Origin: Lysobacterales bacterium
GTDB lineage: Bacteria > Pseudomonadota > Gammaproteobacteria > Xanthomonadales > Xanthomonadaceae
NCBI GenBank assembly: GCA_038233685.1
Contig: JBBSVH010000001.1
Span: 1-56,501, forward strand
Reading direction: 5' to 3'
Length of the DNA stretch: 56,501 nucleotides
This document shows, piece by piece, positions 51,324 through 56,501 of the stretch. Under the pieces are notes generated by a model. The model was not told where the DNA came from and made no database searches. It saw nothing but the letters and a program-made list of their open reading frames with translations. Numbering within the stretch: the first letter of the stretch is position 1; the number at the start of each line of letters is the position of its first letter. The translations under genes and the position numbers were made by a program.

Positions 51324-51641
51324 ATGCCGGTGATGGACCGCATCAAGGCAGAAGTGGACGACCATCCGGTCGTCCTTTTCATGAAGGGGACCCCGGAATT
51401 CCCGATGTGCGGCTTCTCAAGTCGCGCGTGCCACGCCTTGAAGCAGGCAGGCGGCGCGAAGCTCTACACGATCAACGTGCTTGAGGAACCGGAGATACGG
51501 GCAAACCTGCCACGTTTCTCCAACTGGCCGACCTTCCCGCAGCTGTTCATCCAGGGCGAGCTCATCGGCGGCTGCGACATCACCCTGGAGCTGCTCGAGT
51601 CCGGTGAGCTGGAGCGCATCGTTTCGGAGGCGCTGGCCTAG
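51324..51641 (+). CDS. grxD: Monothiol glutaredoxin Grx4
   Basis: FMKGT, CGFS, WPTFPQL, GGCDI; ATG 51324 after AGGAGG. Confidence 0.95.
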   Translation: MPVMDRIKAEVDDHPVVLFMKGTPEFPMCGFSSRACHALKQAGGAKLYTINVLEEPEIRANLPRFSNWPTFPQLFIQGELIGGCDITLELLESGELERIVSEALA

Positions 51642-52387
51642 TGAGCCTGGTGGATCTGCCCTGTGCACGTCCTCGATCGCTGGCCGGAAAAGTGGTGCTG
51701 GTCAGCGGCGCCCACGGCGGCCTGGGCAGTGCCGCGGCCGAGGCCAGCGCGGCGGCCGGCGCGACCGTGGTCCTGCTGGGCCGACGGGTGCCCAAGTTGA
51801 ACCGCGTGTACGACGCCTGCGCCAGTCAGGGTGCAGAGCCGATGATCTATCCCCTGGATCTGGAGGGCGCATCTCCCGACGACTATGCCGAGCTGGCGGG
51901 ACGCATTGGCCAGGAGCTCGGGCAGCTCGACGGCCTGCTGCACTGTGCGGCCGAGTTCCGTGGACTGACGCCTCTCGAACACACCGATCCCGTCGCCTTT
52001 GCCCGCGCGATCCACGTCAACCTGACCGCGCCGTGGTGGCTTTCACAGGCCTGCCTGCCGTTGCTCCGGCAGGCCGCGGATCCGGCCCTGGTGTTTACCC
52101 TCGACGATTCCGACAGGATCGGGCAGGCCTACTGGGGAGGCTACGGGGTTGCCCAGCACGGCCTGGCTGCTCTGGTCGGTCTGCTCCAGGCAGAAGCCCT
52201 GCCGGGCGGCTTGCGCGTGTGCGCGTTGCAGCCGGGCCCGATGCGCACCGCCCTGCGCGCGCGTGCCTATGCGCAGGACACCGAAGAAGCCACCAGAGAG
52301 GCAACCGCCTACGCCCAGGCCTGCGTCACGTTGTTGTCGACGGCCGGTAACGAGTACCGTGGGCAGGTATGGAAGCTACGCCAATGA
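51641..52387 (+). CDS. SDR-family oxidoreductase (YciK-like)
   Basis: SGAHGGLG Rossmann motif, LDGLLHCAA, YWGGYG, PGPMRTALRARAY. Confidence 0.85.
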   Translation: MSLVDLPCARPRSLAGKVVLVSGAHGGLGSAAAEASAAAGATVVLLGRRVPKLNRVYDACASQGAEPMIYPLDLEGASPDDYAELAGRIGQELGQLDGLLHCAAEFRGLTPLEHTDPVAFARAIHVNLTAPWWLSQACLPLLRQAADPALVFTLDDSDRIGQAYWGGYGVAQHGLAALVGLLQAEALPGGLRVCALQPGPMRTALRARAYAQDTEEATREATAYAQACVTLLSTAGNEYRGQVWKLRQ

Positions 52388-52986
52388 CGGTGCTGTCGGC
52401 GGCCCTGCTGCTGTTCCTGATCCTGGACCCGCTGGGCAATATCCCGGTGTTCCTGAGCGTGCTCCGGCCGCTGCCCCCGCAACGCCAGCGCGTGGTGCTG
52501 GCGCGCGAGTTGCTGATTGCGCTCATGGTGCTGATGGGTTTTCTCTGGGGCGGCAAGTACGCGCTCGAGTTGATGCACCTGCGCCAGGAGTCGGTGCAGA
52601 TTGCGGGCGGGATTGTCCTGTTCCTGATCGGCATCCGTATGATCTTTCCGAGGCCAGAAGGCCTGATGGGTGAATTGCCCGACGGCGAGCCTTTCATCGT
52701 GCCCCTGGCGGTGCCCCTGGTGGCCGGGCCTTCGGGGATGGCGGCGGTGATGCTGATGGGCAGCAACGAGCCCACCAGGCTCGGTGACTGGAGCCTGGCC
52801 CTGCTCATTGCGTGGGGCGCCACGGCGGCCATCCTGTTCTCCGCGCCGCTGCTCTACCGGCTGCTGGGCCGCAGCGCCCTGACCGCCTTGGAGCGCCTGA
52901 TGGGCATGCTGCTGGTGGCCATCTCCGTGCAGATGTTCCTGGACGGGATCGTGACCTACCTTGGCCTTTCGGCGCCGGCCATCTGA
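52384..52986 (+). CDS. MarC-family membrane protein (YhgN-like)
   Basis: DPLGNIPVF, IAGGIVLF, PLAVPLVAGP, ERLMGMLLVAISVQM. Confidence 0.9.
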   Translation: MTVLSAALLLFLILDPLGNIPVFLSVLRPLPPQRQRVVLARELLIALMVLMGFLWGGKYALELMHLRQESVQIAGGIVLFLIGIRMIFPRPEGLMGELPDGEPFIVPLAVPLVAGPSGMAAVMLMGSNEPTRLGDWSLALLIAWGATAAILFSAPLLYRLLGRSALTALERLMGMLLVAISVQMFLDGIVTYLGLSAPAI

Positions 52987-53018
52987 GCTCGTTGCGCGTG
53001 ATGCTGCGCTGCAATATC

Positions 53019-53052
53019 CGGTCACGCCACCGTCACAAATAGGGCCTATCGT
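53019..53052 (+). promoter_or_regulatory. Putative Pho box plus -10 upstream of TonB-dependent receptor
   Basis: CGGTCAC-GCCA-CCGTCAC (53019-53036, 11-bp period), 10 bp gap, then TATCGT (53047-53052). Confidence 0.55.
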
Positions 53053-53194
53053 GTTAACCTCATCTTAACCTTGGCGGAGGGAGCCGTTCAGGTTGAAATG
53101 CCCAAGCACCCCGCCACAAGCCCCTGCGGCTCGCGGGTGAAGTGTCCAAAAACCGATTTGCCATCGTCCATCCCGTACCGAGGTCCAACCTGCA

Positions 53195-56100
53195 ATGAAC
53201 CAGTCCCGTCAGCTCCGGATGTCCAAGCTCGCCTTGGGTTTAGTGGTCGCGCTTGCCGCGGCACCGTCTTTTGCGCAAAGCACCTCGGCCGGCGTCGGCG
53301 GCGTGGTCACCGGTAACGACGGCGCCCCCGTCACCGGCGCAGAGGTCACCATCACCCACGTCGAGTCCGGAACCGTCAGCCGTGCCACGACCGATGCCAG
53401 CGGCCGCTACAACGCGCGCGGCCTGCGCGTCGGCGGTCCGTACAGCATCACCGTCACCAAGCCCGGCGAGGGCACCCGCACCGAGGAGGGCATCTACCTC
53501 AACCTCGACAGCGTCAACGCAGTGAACACCGTGCTGACCGGCGACGTCACCACGCTGCAGACCGTCGAAGCGGTGTACGCAGGCGGGTCGGATGTCTTCA
53601 GTTCGAGCAGCATGGGCGCCGGCACCAACGTCAACCGTGACGAACTCGATGCGTTCTTCTCGTTGAACCGCGACCTGCAGGACTACGCGCGCCTCGATCC
53701 GCGCATTTCGCAGACCGACAAGGAGCGCGGCGAGATCTCCGCCGGCGGCCAGAACACCCGCTACAACACCATCACCATCGACCGCGTTGCTACCAACGAC
53801 ACGTTCGGTCTGGAGTCGAACAACCTGCCAACCGCCCGGCAGCCGATCTCGATCGACGCGATCCAGGAAGTCCAGGTCAACGTCACCAATTACGACGTGA
53901 CCCAGAAGGGCTATACCGGCGCAAACATCAACGCGGTGACAAAGTCGGGTACCAACAATTTCTTCGGCAGCGCCTACTACATCTACCGCGACGCGGACAT
54001 GGTCGGTGACGGCGCCAACAACCGACCCTTCCTTGGCTTCAAGGAAGACACCACCTACGGCGCGACCTTTGGCGGTCCGATCGTCAAGGATCGCCTGTTC
54101 TTCTTCGCCAATTACGAGAAGAGCGAACTGACTGCAGCCGGTGGTGACTCGGGCCCGGTTGGCAGCGGCGCGAGCAATATCGTCGGTAACATCGAAAGAA
54201 CTGACGTTGAGGAGATCCAGAGGCTCGCCGCAGGCTACGGCCTGGACGCAGGCACCCTGGCCGGTGGCAGCGGCACCAATACGACCAGCGAAAGCGCCCT
54301 GGTCAAGATCGACTGGAACATCACCGACACCCAGCGCGCCTCGTTCCGGGTGAACCGCACCGAGCAGGACGAAGCCATCCTTCCGGGCTTCGGCAACAAC
54401 TTCTTCTCGCTGTCGTCCTACTGGTACAACCAGCAGAAGGAGTTCACCAACTACGTTGCCGAAATCTTCAGCGACTGGTCGGACAACTTCACTACCGAGG
54501 CCAGCGTTTCCTATCGCGACTATTCCAGCGCACCGGTGCTTTTCGCCCGGCAGCCGCAGGTGCAGGTCGACTTCGGCAACCAGAACCTGCGCTTCGGCAC
54601 CGAGCAGTTCCGCCACGCCAACCAGCTTGATACCGAGACGCTGTCCGCGTACTTCTCGGGCAACTACTTCATTGGTGATCACGTCATCAAGGGCGGCGTC
54701 GATTTCGATCGCAACGACATCTACAACCTGTTCGTGGAATCCAACCTGGGCAACTACCGCTTCGGGTCGCTGGCCAATTTCCGCAACGGGGTGATCCGCG
54801 ACTATTCGTTGCGTCTGCCGACATCGGGTAACTTGAACGACGCTGCGGCACAGGCCCAGTTCTCGAACGTGGGCTTCTTCGTGCAGGACAACTGGGCGGT
54901 CAACTCCAACCTGACCCTGCAGTTCGGCGTGCGCTACGACACGCTGAGCGTGGACCAGGCGCCCGACTTCAATGCCGCTGCGTCCGCCGTCTTTGGCTAC
55001 CGCAATGACCAGACGCCGGATGGCAAGTCGCTGGTGCAGCCGCGCTTCGGCTTCAACTACACGTTCGACTCGGACCGACCCACGCAGGTGCGTGGCGGCG
55101 TGGGCCTGTTCCAGGGCGCCGCAGCCAATGTCTGGCTGGTCAATCCTTACACCAATGACGGCCAGAACATCACAGTGTTTGGTTGCGGCAACGGCTTCAC
55201 CAACACCTGCGCCGGCGTGCCCTTCAACCCGGCCAACCAGCCGCGAGTGGGATCGGCCGTCGCCGACGTCGACTTCCTCGACCCGGATCTGGAGCAGCCC
55301 TCGGTGTGGAAGGCCAACCTGGCGTTCGAGCATGAACTGCCGTGGTGGGGCACCGTGGCCAGCGCCGAACTGCTGCTGACCGAGGTCGATTCAGGCATCT
55401 ACTACCAGCACCTCAACCTGGGCGCGCCGAACTTCCAGGGCCAGGACGGCCGCCTGCTGTACTGGTCGCGCAATCCGAACGGAAGCGTTGGTACGCGCTC
55501 GCGCGCCAACCAGAACCGCGGCTACCGCGACGTGCTGCTGGCGACCCAGACCACCAAGGGACGTGGCCAGAACCTGACGATCGGTCTTGACAAGCCCCTG
55601 CTGGAGAATTGGGGCTGGTCGCTGGCCTACAGCTACACCGAAGCGACCGACGTCAGTCCGCTGACTTCGAGCCGTTCGATCTCCAACTGGCGCGGACGTT
55701 CGGTGTTCAACCCGAACGAGGACGTGTCGGGGCGTTCCAACTACACAACCTCGGATCGTTTCGTTGGCACCCTGCGCTTCCGCAAGGCGTTCTTTGGCGC
55801 GTACAACACCGAAGTTTCGATGTTCTACGAAGGCCGCTCCGGCAAGCCCTACAGCTGGACCGTGGGCAACGACCTCAACGGCGACGGGCAGCGCGGCAAC
55901 GACCTGATGTACATCCCGAACGGTCCTGGCGACGTGATCATCACTGGTGGTCCGGCAGATAGCGCCACGTTCTTCGACTTCATCGCCAGCAATCCGGATC
56001 TTGCCGGTGCTCGCGGCCGGGTCATCGACCGCAACAGCAGCAACAGCCCGTGGGTGAACACGTTCGACATGCGCTTCCGCCAGGAGCTTCCGGGCTTCAT

Positions 56101-56377
56101 GGCCGAGCACAAGAGCGAGCTGGTGCTGGACATCTTCAATGTCGGCAACCTGATCAACAAGGAATGGGGCCAGGTCGAAGAGATCTTCTTCCAGTCCGAT
56201 GGCGGCCCGGCGCGCAGCTTCGTGAACTACGAAGGCGTCGATCCAGCCACCGGCAGGTACATCTACAGCCTGATCAGGGACAACCAGGGCAACTTCAATC
56301 CCGAGGGCTTCGGCCTGCGTGATCGCCGCGGTGAGTCGCGTTGGGCTGCACAGGTGACCCTGCGCTACAGGTTCTGA
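53195..56377 (+). CDS. Oar-like TonB-dependent outer-membrane receptor with N-terminal carboxypeptidase-regulatory-like domain
   Basis: Signal peptide, G.V...DGAPVTGAEVT, GGPY, ND.FGL, INAVTKSGTN, QPRFGFNY, C-terminal LRYRF. Confidence 0.92.
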   Translation: MNQSRQLRMSKLALGLVVALAAAPSFAQSTSAGVGGVVTGNDGAPVTGAEVTITHVESGTVSRATTDASGRYNARGLRVGGPYSITVTKPGEGTRTEEGIYLNLDSVNAVNTVLTGDVTTLQTVEAVYAGGSDVFSSSSMGAGTNVNRDELDAFFSLNRDLQDYARLDPRISQTDKERGEISAGGQNTRYNTITIDRVATNDTFGLESNNLPTARQPISIDAIQEVQVNVTNYDVTQKGYTGANINAVTKSGTNNFFGSAYYIYRDADMVGDGANNRPFLGFKEDTTYGATFGGPIVKDRLFFFANYEKSELTAAGGDSGPVGSGASNIVGNIERTDVEEIQRLAAGYGLDAGTLAGGSGTNTTSESALVKIDWNITDTQRASFRVNRTEQDEAILPGFGNNFFSLSSYWYNQQKEFTNYVAEIFSDWSDNFTTEASVSYRDYSSAPVLFARQPQVQVDFGNQNLRFGTEQFRHANQLDTETLSAYFSGNYFIGDHVIKGGVDFDRNDIYNLFVESNLGNYRFGSLANFRNGVIRDYSLRLPTSGNLNDAAAQAQFSNVGFFVQDNWAVNSNLTLQFGVRYDTLSVDQAPDFNAAASAVFGYRNDQTPDGKSLVQPRFGFNYTFDSDRPTQVRGGVGLFQGAAANVWLVNPYTNDGQNITVFGCGNGFTNTCAGVPFNPANQPRVGSAVADVDFLDPDLEQPSVWKANLAFEHELPWWGTVASAELLLTEVDSGIYYQHLNLGAPNFQGQDGRLLYWSRNPNGSVGTRSRANQNRGYRDVLLATQTTKGRGQNLTIGLDKPLLENWGWSLAYSYTEATDVSPLTSSRSISNWRGRSVFNPNEDVSGRSNYTTSDRFVGTLRFRKAFFGAYNTEVSMFYEGRSGKPYSWTVGNDLNGDGQRGNDLMYIPNGPGDVIITGGPADSATFFDFIASNPDLAGARGRVIDRNSSNSPWVNTFDMRFRQELPGFMAEHKSELVLDIFNVGNLINKEWGQVEEIFFQSDGGPARSFVNYEGVDPATGRYIYSLIRDNQGNFNPEGFGLRDRRGESRWAAQVTLRYRF

Positions 56378-56403
56378 TCTGCAGATGGCAATTGCTTGAC
56401 CAA

Positions 56404-56436
56404 ACGGCCGGGGCAACCCGGCCGTGGTTTTTTTTT
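56404..56436 (+). terminator. Rho-independent terminator
   Basis: ACGGCCGGG-GCAA-CCCGGCCGT, then GG and a T9 run. Confidence 0.85.
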
Positions 56437-56501
56437 AGAGCCCCCCGGGGGGCAAATAACCCCCCCCACCCCGGGCGACGGCCAAGGCACAGCAGGCACG
56501 C

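Noticed and set aside
56437-56501. C/G homopolymer runs at the window end
   Set aside because: Low-complexity sequence after a terminator at the sequence edge; may be an assembly or read-quality artefact

Overview
High-GC gammaproteobacterial chromosome segment. Gene content (lysAC fusion, murL-murD2, Oar-like TonB receptor) points to Xanthomonadaceae/Lysobacteraceae; this is an inference. Most of the window is housekeeping backbone: two PhzF-family genes, lysAC-murL-murD2, ispB, ssb, rmlBACD, a peptide-utilisation cluster (2 S9 peptidases, OPT transporter, DUF819), corA, GH97, DUF4105-corC-ybeY-phoH-miaB, a lytic transglycosylase, petABC-sspAB, nadC, purEK, sodB, grxD, SDR, MarC and the TonB receptor. 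The standout is a ~12.1 kb low-oxygen/NO respiration island at 21625-33761. It carries sco, nirV-like, nirK-cytochrome c, alternative oxidase, a small ORF, DUF6522, sirB2, nnrS, qNor, fnr, hemN, azurin and an HMA protein. It has no integrase or transposase, but is bounded by 41-bp near-identical direct repeats (12,090 bp apart) that overlap REP/REPIN-like palindromes. Five leftward FNR boxes sit at the same spacing from -10-like hexamers. This geometry predicts an aox-nirK-nirV-sco operon and a leaderless, autoregulated hemN-fnr transcript. Outside the island, a DUF4105 (Lnb-like) gene occupies the usual lnt slot, and a canonically spaced Pho box precedes the TonB receptor. No rRNA, tRNA or CRISPR array was recognised. 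All calls rest on motif recognition by eye; no database searches were run.
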